A stretch of DNA of 64,000 bases from an uncultured Clostridia bacterium (GTDB lineage: Bacteria > Bacillota > Clostridia > TANB77 > CAG-508). The notes under the pieces were generated by a model that saw only the letters and a list, made by a program, of their open reading frames with translations, was not told the origin of the DNA and made no database searches. Shown here piece after piece: positions 9,440 to 18,245 of this stretch (within the stretch, counting starts at the first letter, position 1; each line of letters begins with the position of its first letter). Position numbers and translations under genes: made by a program. The stretch is taken from the NCBI GenBank assembly GCA_934168305.1, contig CAKPNF010000001.1:69923-133922 (forward strand). Reading direction: 5' to 3'.

Positions 9440-12400
9440 ATGTCATTTGAAGCAGGGGGAAGAACAGACAAAGCAGGAAATAGATTTGAAATAAGATATT
9501 TTATATTACAATTATTAAAAGTAATAGAAGAAGAAATAAGAAGTGCAACATTAGAGGCTTTGGGTGATGATGAAAAAGGTACAGATATTTGGATTGAAAA
9601 TAAAAATGGAACAAGAGAAAGTCAACAATGCAAAGGAAGATATGGAAACAATGATAATTGGAATTTTTCTGCCATGGATCAATACGAAATTTTTAAAAAT
9701 TGGAAATATCAATTAGATAGAGATAATAACTTTTTCGTTAGTTTAGTATCTCCAATTTCATTTATAGTTTTTGAAGACCTAATAAAAAGAGCTAAAAATA
9801 CAAGTGATAATCCAAGAGACTTTTATGAAAACCAGATAAAAAAGTCTGATGATAAAATGACAAATTGTTATAGTAATTATTGCAAAAGAATGAAATTAAA
9901 TCCAGAAGATGAAAGAGATTTGATTCAGAGTATTGATTATTTAAATAGAACGAATTATCATCAAATACCAGATGAAGAACTAAAAAATATTATTTTGAAT
10001 AAAATAAAATATTTATTTATAGGTGATACTGAAATAATATATAATTGTTTTGTTGAACTGGTGCTAGATGAAAATATCTTAGCACAAAAAATAGATGTTA
10101 TATATCTAGATAATTTTATAAAATCCAAAAATATAATGTTTAGAAATTTATCGAAAGATGATAGAATTCTTCCAAGAATAACAGAATTAAACAATGAATA
10201 TAATCAGTTTTTTTCTCCAATTAATGGTAATTTGATAGAAAGAGAAGAATTTACAAAATGCAAGGAATTAATTGAAGAAGGTAAATCTATAATTATTCAT
10301 GGAAAAGCAGGATATGGAAAAAGTGGTATTACACAATTAATTATTCAGTATTGCGAACAAAAAACAATACCTCATATTGCAATAAAATTAGATAAAAGAG
10401 TTCCAAGAGACAATGTAGAAGAATGGAGTAAAAAACTAGGATTGCCAACATCAATAGGATTTTGCATAGATAGTATTTCTAAAGATAAAAATGCAGTGAT
10501 AATTTTAGATCAGTTAGATGCGTTAAGGTGGACACAGTCACATTCTAGAGATGCGTTATTAGTATGTACAGAGTTAATAGAACAAATAAAAAAACTTAAT
10601 TTTGAAAGACAAAATAAAATTTCGATTATTTTTGTGTGTAGAACCTATGATTTGGAAAATGATAATAGCATTAAATTGTTGTTTAAAGATGAGAGAAAAG
10701 AAAAAATTTGGAAAAAAATAAATGTAGAAAAATTCTCGAAAGAGATGCTAAAATCATTAATAGGAACGGAATATGCTGGGTTCTCAAAAAAATTACAAGA
10801 ATTACTTAGAATTCCAAGCAACTTGTACATATGGAGCAAATTAGATAAAAATCAAAGATATGATGATTGTAATACTACTAATATGTTAATACAAAAATGG
10901 TGGAGTCAATTATTGCAAAAAGCAAATGAATTAGAAATTAGTGAAAAAGAATTACAAGAATGTAAGAATAATATAGTAACAGTATTAGATAAGGCAGGAA
11001 GAATAAGCATATTAAGAAAATTTTTAGATGTTAATGCTAGTGCTTTAGATTATTTATATTCAAATGGTTTCTTAATTATAGAGAATAATATTGTATCATT
11101 TACGCATCAAAGTTTATTAGACTATTTCTTAGAGGAAAATATGTTATATAAATATCAAAATGGAAACAATATTGAAGATATAATTGGAGACAAATCAAAA
11201 CAAATACCTGCAAGAAGATATCAAATTCAAATGCTTTTGGAAGACTTAGCTAATAGTGATACACAAGATTTTATTTGTGTTGGAAGAGAATTATTGGAAT
11301 CTAATAATATAAGATTCTATATAAAATATGTGTTTTTTGAAGTCTTGGGACAAATTACAGATATTGATTATGACATAGAACAATTTATTTTAGAATATTA
11401 TGACAATCAAATGTATGGTGTTCATGTCCTAAATAATGTCATATATTCGCATCCTCAATATGTCAGAATATTAATTAAAAATGGAATTTTTGACATTTGG
11501 ATGAAAGATGATAAAAAGAAAGATATATGTATTAATTTATTAGGAAGTATTAAAGAAAAATATTGTGTGGAAGATGTAAAATTCATAGAAAAGTATTTAT
11601 TCAATTGTGAAGAAGATGATAAAAAAATATACAGGTGTTTTAATTATGATATAAATGACGACATAGATGAAATGTTTGAATTAAGAATGAAACTATATAA
11701 TAAATATCCGGAATTAAGTGATGAATACATTAATTTAAAGAAAATGTTACAAGACAATGAATTAAGAGCAATAAGATTAATAAAATTTTGGCTTGATAAT
11801 AAAGTAAAGAACAAAAACAAGAGAATATATAAATATGAAGAAGAATTGATTACAGAAGAATCAGATATTATTGTTAATAACGATGAAAAAATAATTGAAA
11901 TATTATTGCCATGCATACCAAAAGAAACTAAAACGCATTTTGGAGATTGGACAGGTAGACATAGATTTTCTATTGGAATAGAAAGAGCTTGTGTTGAATT
12001 AATAAAAAAAGCAAATGCTAATTTAATAAAACGAAATCCAGATAGATTTTTAGAAATATATGAAATATATATGGGAAAAGGTTATCCAATATTTAATGAA
12101 TTTATACTGAATGGATTAGAAAGGTTACCGGTAAAATATAGTGACTATGTTATTGGATATTTATGTGCTGATTTTAAAAAGAATATTTTTGATGAAAGTA
12201 GTGGAAATGGTGATGAGTTGTTATTAACCAAAAATATCCTGAAAAAACATTCAGTTAAATGCAGTAAAGAAGTTTTTGAAAACTTAGAAGAAAAAATATA
12301 TTTTTATCAAGAAGATAAAATAGTCGAAATATATAAGAGGATTCGAGAATATAAATTAAATTATACATCTAAAAGAATGTATTGGGATTGCTGGGGAAAT

Positions 12401-13984
12401 GTACAAGTTGAACTTTTGCCATATTTACCATATCAAAGATTAAATTATAAAACACGACAATTAATGAAAGTGCTTAATCGCAAATTTAAAAAAGGTAGCA
12501 ATTATTACAAGTACGATAATGGGCATAGTGGTTCAGTATGGTCTCCAATAAGTAATAAAAATTTAAGTAATAAACAATGGATAAGACTATTTTCAAATAA
12601 AAAATTAGAAAATTTAAAGAGACATACTTGGAAAGAAGTAACCGGTGGCTTTATAGAAAGTAGTATGAGAGAGTTTACCAATAGTTTTAATCAAGCAGTT
12701 TCTAATGAACCAATAAGGGTGATTAATTTAGTTTTATCTAATTCAAATATCATATTGAATGAATTTGTAGATGCACTATATAGTGGATTACAATCAAGCG
12801 AAAACATAGATAAAGTTCCAATAGATCTATTAGAAAAAGTGTTTAAAGTATTTCCGTGTGATAATGAATCGCAGAGAGCTAATTGTATCTGTTGGATAAT
12901 TTATAAAAGAAAGAATATAAATTGGTCTCAGAATACATTAAATTTATTAAAGAATATAGCAATAAATCATAAAGATCCAATAATGGGGAAGCCTAATATA
13001 AAAAATGATAAAGATAAAGAAATTAAAAGCATAGATATGTTACAAAGTAATTCACTTAATTGTACAAGAGGTGAGGCAGCACAAGCAATAGGACATCTTT
13101 TATGGGAAAACATAGAATTATTTGAAGAATTTAAAGAAACAATCCAATTATTAAGTGAAGATATTAATCCTGTAGTGAGATTTGCAAGTTTACACTGCTT
13201 ATTGCCTGCATATAATATTCAAAGGGATTGGGCGAGAGAAAAAATTTTAAATTTATTTGAAACAGATATTAGACTAGTATCTTTTTGGCGTGCAAAAGAT
13301 ATATTATTCTTTTCGTATGATAAAGAAAAGGATAGAGTACTAAAAATAATAGAAAATTGCTATTATTCTGAGGATAAAAAATTAAAGGAAATAGGAAGTT
13401 ACTGTGTAGTAGAAATGTATATATTAAAAAATGAATTTTCATATATAATGAATGAGATTGATTCGATGGATGAAAATCAAATTAAGGCCATTTTGCATAT
13501 GGCAATAAATTATTTTAATAATGTTAAATATAATCAAAAAGTAAAAAATATTATTTCTAGATTTAAAGAAAAAAATTATGATATAGAACAATCTATTTGT
13601 AGATTATTTTATGATAATTTAATAGATTTGAATAGGGACAAAGAATTTCTAAAAGATATTATGAATAGTACTGCAGGAAGACGTTCTATACATTCTTTTA
13701 TTCATTATATTGATGAAAATGCAGTATCTATATTAGATTTTAAAGAAATTATTATAGAATCAATAAACTCTATTTTAGAAAATAGTGAATTAGAAAAAGA
13801 GAACATTTACTATTATGGTGATGAATTATCAAAATTAATTGTAGGTTTATATGATGAAACTGTAGGTAAAAAACAAAGAGAGATGAAAAATCTTTCAGAA
13901 AAATGTTTAGATATCTGGGATGAAATGTTTGAAAAACAAATCGGATCAATTAAGAAATTAAGCAGGGATATTTTGGATAGATAG
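9440..13984 (+). CDS. 1514-aa Avs/NLR-like candidate defense protein: N-terminal DUF4297/Cap4-like PD-(D/E)xK nuclease signature + STAND-like P-loop NTPase + ~1100-aa helical repeat region
   Basis: N-terminus FEAGGRTDKAGNRFEIRYFILQLLKV ... EALGDDEKGTDIWIENK ... ESQQCKG fits the DUF4297 consensus (GG..G.fe..y..lL.LL / E.DD / QxK). Walker A IIIHGKAGYGKSG at nt 10301-10327. Walker B VIILDQLDAL about 65 aa later, then sensor-1-like IIFVCRT. The remaining ~1100 aa is repeat-like and helical (by composition). RBS GGAGG 8 nt upstream. Confidence 0.6.
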   Translation: MSFEAGGRTDKAGNRFEIRYFILQLLKVIEEEIRSATLEALGDDEKGTDIWIENKNGTRESQQCKGRYGNNDNWNFSAMDQYEIFKNWKYQLDRDNNFFVSLVSPISFIVFEDLIKRAKNTSDNPRDFYENQIKKSDDKMTNCYSNYCKRMKLNPEDERDLIQSIDYLNRTNYHQIPDEELKNIILNKIKYLFIGDTEIIYNCFVELVLDENILAQKIDVIYLDNFIKSKNIMFRNLSKDDRILPRITELNNEYNQFFSPINGNLIEREEFTKCKELIEEGKSIIIHGKAGYGKSGITQLIIQYCEQKTIPHIAIKLDKRVPRDNVEEWSKKLGLPTSIGFCIDSISKDKNAVIILDQLDALRWTQSHSRDALLVCTELIEQIKKLNFERQNKISIIFVCRTYDLENDNSIKLLFKDERKEKIWKKINVEKFSKEMLKSLIGTEYAGFSKKLQELLRIPSNLYIWSKLDKNQRYDDCNTTNMLIQKWWSQLLQKANELEISEKELQECKNNIVTVLDKAGRISILRKFLDVNASALDYLYSNGFLIIENNIVSFTHQSLLDYFLEENMLYKYQNGNNIEDIIGDKSKQIPARRYQIQMLLEDLANSDTQDFICVGRELLESNNIRFYIKYVFFEVLGQITDIDYDIEQFILEYYDNQMYGVHVLNNVIYSHPQYVRILIKNGIFDIWMKDDKKKDICINLLGSIKEKYCVEDVKFIEKYLFNCEEDDKKIYRCFNYDINDDIDEMFELRMKLYNKYPELSDEYINLKKMLQDNELRAIRLIKFWLDNKVKNKNKRIYKYEEELITEESDIIVNNDEKIIEILLPCIPKETKTHFGDWTGRHRFSIGIERACVELIKKANANLIKRNPDRFLEIYEIYMGKGYPIFNEFILNGLERLPVKYSDYVIGYLCADFKKNIFDESSGNGDELLLTKNILKKHSVKCSKEVFENLEEKIYFYQEDKIVEIYKRIREYKLNYTSKRMYWDCWGNVQVELLPYLPYQRLNYKTRQLMKVLNRKFKKGSNYYKYDNGHSGSVWSPISNKNLSNKQWIRLFSNKKLENLKRHTWKEVTGGFIESSMREFTNSFNQAVSNEPIRVINLVLSNSNIILNEFVDALYSGLQSSENIDKVPIDLLEKVFKVFPCDNESQRANCICWIIYKRKNINWSQNTLNLLKNIAINHKDPIMGKPNIKNDKDKEIKSIDMLQSNSLNCTRGEAAQAIGHLLWENIELFEEFKETIQLLSEDINPVVRFASLHCLLPAYNIQRDWAREKILNLFETDIRLVSFWRAKDILFFSYDKEKDRVLKIIENCYYSEDKKLKEIGSYCVVEMYILKNEFSYIMNEIDSMDENQIKAILHMAINYFNNVKYNQKVKNIISRFKEKNYDIEQSICRLFYDNLIDLNRDKEFLKDIMNSTAGRRSIHSFIHYIDENAVSILDFKEIIIESINSILENSELEKENIYYYGDELSKLIVGLYDETVGKKQREMKNLSEKCLDIWDEMFEKQIGSIKKLSRDILDR

Positions 13985-14036
13985 TATAGATAATTGAGAT
14001 GGAGGATATATCTTAAAAAAAGAAGGGGGAATATAT

Positions 14037-15116
14037 ATGTTAAAAGACTTATGTTTTGAAATAATACAAACATGCCCTAATAAATGCAAATTTTGTTCTT
14101 CCAATTCCTCAAAAGACAAAAAAACAATAATAACATTAGAAGATTTTAAGAAAACAGTTATGTATTTTATTACTCATGGTGGAATTGGAGAAATATCAAT
14201 TTCAGGAGGAGAACCTTTTTTACATCCAGATTTATTCGAAATGATAAAGTTTTGTAAAGACAATGGAATTAGAACAGTTATATTCACTAGTGGAATAAAA
14301 AGAGCACCTGCAATACCAGAAAAAACGATAGAATATATAAAAAATAAATGTAAAAAAGATTTAGAAGAAATAGAAGAACATGAACCATGGAATGAAAGAC
14401 TAAAAAGAAATGTGAAGGCATATTATAAAAGAATGATTAGTCCAGGAGAATTTACTTCACTAACAAGGCAAGAACTAGAAAAAATAAAAGAATTAGGAGT
14501 AGATAAAATCGTATTTGATTGGCAAGCATTAGATGAAAATATTGATAATGAGTTAATGGGAAGAAAAGCATTAAATACATATCTAATGGATTCTTTGATT
14601 AGAGCAAGCATTGTTGGGTTAAATGTAGATGTTCATTTTATTCCTATGAAGCCAAATTATAAGCAATTTCCAGATATAATAGAATGTTTACAAATAGCAA
14701 AAGTAAAAAATATTAGTATTTTAAATTTTGTACCACAAGGTAGAGGATTAGAAAACAAAAGAGAACTAATGTTAAACGAAACAGAGTTAAGAGAATTTGG
14801 AGAAATATTAAAAAAAGAAAAAGAGCATTATAGCGGTAACATAAGAATTGGAATTCCTTTAAATGGAAAAATATCTCATTTATGCACAGCTGGAACTGAA
14901 AAATTGGATATAAAATATGACGGAACAATACTACCATGTCCAGCATTCAAGGAAATGAGCGTAGAGAAAATGGAAAAGTACGGTATAAAATTACATAGTA
15001 TATATGAGGATTTGGAAAAAGTAGTTATACATGAAGGAAAAAGAAAATCGCCATTATGTAAGCAAGTATATGGATTTAAAGGAAAGTTGACAGAAAGTGA
15101 AGAGATAGAGTTTTAA
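14037..15116 (+). CDS. radical SAM protein, with a possible auxiliary Cys cluster
   Basis: 359 aa. CPNKCKFC (Cx3Cx2C) at nt 14073-14095. GGEPFL glycine-rich SAM motif. Three further Cys in the C-terminal 80 aa (HLC, LPCP, PLCK). 52 nt downstream of the giant ORF, same strand. Confidence 0.8.
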   Translation: MLKDLCFEIIQTCPNKCKFCSSNSSKDKKTIITLEDFKKTVMYFITHGGIGEISISGGEPFLHPDLFEMIKFCKDNGIRTVIFTSGIKRAPAIPEKTIEYIKNKCKKDLEEIEEHEPWNERLKRNVKAYYKRMISPGEFTSLTRQELEKIKELGVDKIVFDWQALDENIDNELMGRKALNTYLMDSLIRASIVGLNVDVHFIPMKPNYKQFPDIIECLQIAKVKNISILNFVPQGRGLENKRELMLNETELREFGEILKKEKEHYSGNIRIGIPLNGKISHLCTAGTEKLDIKYDGTILPCPAFKEMSVEKMEKYGIKLHSIYEDLEKVVIHEGKRKSPLCKQVYGFKGKLTESEEIEF

Positions 15117-15128
15117 GGAGGAATAGTT

Positions 15129-15299
15129 ATGAAAATATTAATTGGAACAAAAAATCCAGGAAAAATAGAAGGAGCAAAACAAGCATTTGAAAAATATTTT
15201 AACAATGTAGAAATAGAAGGAATACCAGTAAAATCAAATGTAGGAGACCAACCAGTAAACGAAGAAATACAAATTCTTTGGGAGAATGGATTGATATAA
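15129..15299 (+). pseudogene. rdgB: truncated N-terminal fragment (57 aa) of a non-canonical purine NTP pyrophosphatase (RdgB/Ham1 family)
   Basis: MKILIGTKNPGKIEGAKQAFEKYF..VEIEG matches the Ham1 N-terminus (MKxxxATxNxGKxxExxxxL). The ORF stops after 57 codons, and the remaining ~140 aa of the family is absent. Has an RBS (AGGAGG). Confidence 0.5.
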
Positions 15300-15331
15300 A
15301 TGCAGTAGTCGTAGAAGATTAGAGGAAAATT

Positions 15332-15937
15332 ATGATAAAAAGATACAAACAAACAGAAATAGAAAAAATAGCAGAAATACTAAAAAATGATGGAGTAATC
15401 AGTGTTCCAACAGACACAGTATATGGAGTATGTGCTAGAATAAACTCAAAAAAAGCACACGATAATTTAGTAAAAACAAAAAATAGACCAATTACGAAAC
15501 CATTTCCAATAATGTGTTCAGATAAAGAACAAATAAAAAGCATAGCAATAGTAGATGAAAAAGCAGAAAAACTAATAAAAAAATTTATGCCTGGTCCAAT
15601 AACACTAATTTTAGAGAAAAGACCAGAAGTACCAGAATATGTAAGCAATGGGAAAGCAACAATAGCAGTACGAATGGCAACATCAAAAGAGATAAAAGAA
15701 TTGATTATAAAAACAGGATGTCCAATATTTATGAGCAGTGCTAATCAAAGTGGAGAGCCAACATGTACAAACCTAGATGAAATAGAAAATGAATGCCCAA
15801 ATCTAGATGGAATGATGGAAGGAACAGTTAAATTTGGAAAAGGAAGTACAATAGTTGACTGCGTTTCAAAAGAATTAAAGATTTTAAGAGAGGGACCAAT
15901 TACAATAGAACAAATTAGAAAAATTATTGAAAGATAA
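15332..15937 (+). CDS. tsaC: L-threonylcarbamoyladenylate synthase (YrdC-type, short form)
   Basis: 201 aa. ISVPTDTVYGVCAR, KNRPITKPFPIM, MSSANQSGEP are YrdC/Sua5 motifs. Confidence 0.85.
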   Translation: MIKRYKQTEIEKIAEILKNDGVISVPTDTVYGVCARINSKKAHDNLVKTKNRPITKPFPIMCSDKEQIKSIAIVDEKAEKLIKKFMPGPITLILEKRPEVPEYVSNGKATIAVRMATSKEIKELIIKTGCPIFMSSANQSGEPTCTNLDEIENECPNLDGMMEGTVKFGKGSTIVDCVSKELKILREGPITIEQIRKIIER

Positions 15938-15962
15938 GATATATAAAAGCTAGGAGATAGTT

Positions 15963-17498
15963 ATGATAAAGAATAATATAAGAGATTACCAACAAGAAAT
16001 AATTAATGTTATTATAAAAAAATTACAACAAAATTCAAAAGAAATATTTATAGAAATGCCATCAGGAACAGGAAAAAGTATAGTCATTGAAGAAGTAATT
16101 AAGTTATTAGAAGCTAAAAGCAATATTTTAATAATCAATAAAAACAAAATAGCAGAACAACAATTTAAGGAACAATTTAAAAATTATAAAAACGTGACAA
16201 TAGAAAATTACTATAATTATCAGTCAATAATAGATAAATTTGATTATATTATATTTAGCGATATGGAAGAATTGTCTGAAGAAAAATATAAAAATATATA
16301 TCAAATATTTAAAAAAGCAAGAATAATAGGATTTTGTAATAAAAGTCAAAGAATAAGTAAGCGAGGGGAATGGTTAGATAAAAAAACTATAGATTATTCC
16401 ATAACTATTCAACAGATAATTAATGACGGCTATATGAATCCAAATCAATTAGAAAATCAATTTCAATATTTTATCGAAGAACTCTTAAAGAAATTAAGAT
16501 TTATTAATTTAGAAAAAGAAAGAGCTTTAAAAACTAAAAAAGGAATAATGAGAGTAGATTTTATTATTCATAATAATGAAAAAGAAATAATTGTAGAAAC
16601 TAAGGACTACAGGAGTAAATTTGTAGAAGGTACTATCATTAATCGAGCAATAGAACAATTAGATTATTATAAGAGTATATTGCAAGAAGAAAATAAAAAT
16701 GATATAGAAGCCATATTAATTGTGAATTGCTATGTTTCAGAAAAAATAAAGGAAAGTACTTATAATGAAAAGAAAATTTTGATTTTAGATATTTCTAATT
16801 TAATATATTTATCACAAAAAAATGAAGAATTGATGAAAAATCTAATAGAAAGTACACAATATAATATTTATGATATAGTTCCAAAAGAACCTATAAAGAT
16901 GGAATTGCTAAAATTACAAAAGAAAGAAAATATAAGCAAGAGTGTTGAAAATGAAATAGATAGTGCAAAAAAATTTATACAAAGATTAGAAAATATGAAA
17001 TATGGTAACAAAGAAAAGAATGACAAAGAATATGAAAAATTATGTGTACAAATTATTAGATATTTATTTGAAACAGAGTTTACAAGAATATTAGAACAAA
17101 GTAGTACAGAAGATAAAATGTTCAGAATGGATTTAGTTTGTGGATTAAAAGGAACTTCAGAATTTTGGAAAATACTTATTCAACATTACAATACAAGATT
17201 TGTTGTTTTTGAATTTAAAAATTATAAAGAAGAAATTGATCAAAATCTTATTTATATAACTGAAAAATACCTATATAATGCAGTTTTAAGAAACGTAGCA
17301 ATTATTGTATCAAGGAAAGGTTTTTCATATAATGCTCATAAGGCTGCAATAGGAGTATTAACCGAAAATGGAAAATTAATTATAGAAATAAAAGATGATG
17401 ATTTAATTACAATGTTAAGAATGAAAGCTGATGGACAAGATGCATCAGATTATTTATTAAATATATTAGAAGAATATTTAATATCTATTAGTAAATAA
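15963..17498 (+). CDS. hypothetical protein with degenerate SF2-helicase-like N-terminus and two PD-(D/E)xK nuclease-like motifs (candidate defense protein)
   Basis: 511 aa. RDYQQEII + EMPSGTGKS (Q-motif/Walker A) and DYIIFSDMEE (weak motif II). MRVDFIIHNNEKEIIVETKDY (D..ExK). RMDLVCG...FVVFEFKNY (second D..ExK). Confidence 0.45.
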   Translation: MIKNNIRDYQQEIINVIIKKLQQNSKEIFIEMPSGTGKSIVIEEVIKLLEAKSNILIINKNKIAEQQFKEQFKNYKNVTIENYYNYQSIIDKFDYIIFSDMEELSEEKYKNIYQIFKKARIIGFCNKSQRISKRGEWLDKKTIDYSITIQQIINDGYMNPNQLENQFQYFIEELLKKLRFINLEKERALKTKKGIMRVDFIIHNNEKEIIVETKDYRSKFVEGTIINRAIEQLDYYKSILQEENKNDIEAILIVNCYVSEKIKESTYNEKKILILDISNLIYLSQKNEELMKNLIESTQYNIYDIVPKEPIKMELLKLQKKENISKSVENEIDSAKKFIQRLENMKYGNKEKNDKEYEKLCVQIIRYLFETEFTRILEQSSTEDKMFRMDLVCGLKGTSEFWKILIQHYNTRFVVFEFKNYKEEIDQNLIYITEKYLYNAVLRNVAIIVSRKGFSYNAHKAAIGVLTENGKLIIEIKDDDLITMLRMKADGQDASDYLLNILEEYLISISK

Positions 17499-17570
17499 GA
17501 AATATAAAATCAAATAATAGACATCTAATAATAACAACGATGATGATAAAAATGAAGAAGAGAAAAACAA

Positions 17571-17627
17571 AAAGCAAGATTTTTTAAGTATATAATTAAC
17601 TTAAGAAATCTTGCTTTAATTTTTTAA
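17571..17627. terminator. bidirectional rho-independent terminator between convergent genes
   Basis: 12-bp stem AAAGCAAGATTT / AAATCTTGCTTT. T-runs on both sides. Confidence 0.6.
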
Positions 17628-17630
17628 ATT

Positions 17631-17873
17631 TTAAGCATTAAATTTTTGCTTAACAGTATCAATTTTTTGTTGTTCAACAGTGTCCATTTTATACCAACCT
17701 TTTTCAGACATCAAATTAAAAATTTTATTCTGAATATCTAAAGATTCATTTAAAGCACATTTAAAAGCTTCATGAACTTCAGCAGTAGATGATTCAATAG
17801 TTCCATGAAGATATAAATCACAAACACCTTTTATAATTAGTAATTCATTTTCCATTAAATCCTTATCTTCCAT
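17631..17873 (-). CDS. spore coat protein, CotF-like domain
   Basis: 80 aa. EDKDLMENELL...YLHGTIESSTAEVHEAFKCALNESLDIQNKIFNLMSEKGWY fits the Coat_F pattern (..GWY). Confidence 0.55.
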   Translation of the reverse strand: MEDKDLMENELLIIKGVCDLYLHGTIESSTAEVHEAFKCALNESLDIQNKIFNLMSEKGWYKMDTVEQQKIDTVKQKFNA

Positions 17874-17883
17874 AATATCCCCC

Positions 17884-18057
17884 TTAAAGTAAATTTAAAA
17901 ACTTATTAAAAATTTCATTATGTTTTTCTTCTAATTGTCCAATATAAGTTGAAAGATTAACATCTTTTAATTTGCTTGCAGTTTCTTTACTACAAGTTTT
18001 CATAAAACATTCGTGTCCTAATGCATCTTCTATATATAAAAGCTCTTTACTTGTCAT
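17884..18057 (-). CDS. small spore-coat-associated protein, partner of the CotF-like gene
   Basis: 57 aa (MTSKELLYIEDALGHECFMK...), not in the ORF track. RBS GGAGG on the reverse strand. Typical small partner ORF of clostridial CotF-like pairs. Confidence 0.4.
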   Translation of the reverse strand: MTSKELLYIEDALGHECFMKTCSKETASKLKDVNLSTYIGQLEEKHNEIFNKFLNLL

Positions 18058-18245
18058 ATTATCAACCTCCTTAAAATATGATTTCCTGAATATGAAAAAA
18101 TATACAAAAAGATTTATACTATTTTGAACCTGAGTGAAAGAACATAAAAGGATTTTTTGAAAATTAATATTAAAATTTTATTGTTATTTTTTTATCATTA
18201 TGATATGCTTATAATATAAGAATATAAAAACTTGGGAGGACAAGT

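Noticed and set aside
9440-13984. Interpretation of the giant protein as Lamassu LmuA+B fusion or an SMC/ABC ATPase
   Set aside because: Walker A to Walker B spacing (~65 aa) and the absence of an LSGGQ signature or long coiled-coil insert between them fit STAND/AAA+ better than ABC/SMC.
7104-17500. Integrase, transposase or tRNA attachment site bounding the def-tsaC island
   Set aside because: No recombinase-like ORF or flanking direct repeats were found by eye. The only tRNA (Gln, 31141) is 16 kb away. Island mobility therefore remains unsupported.
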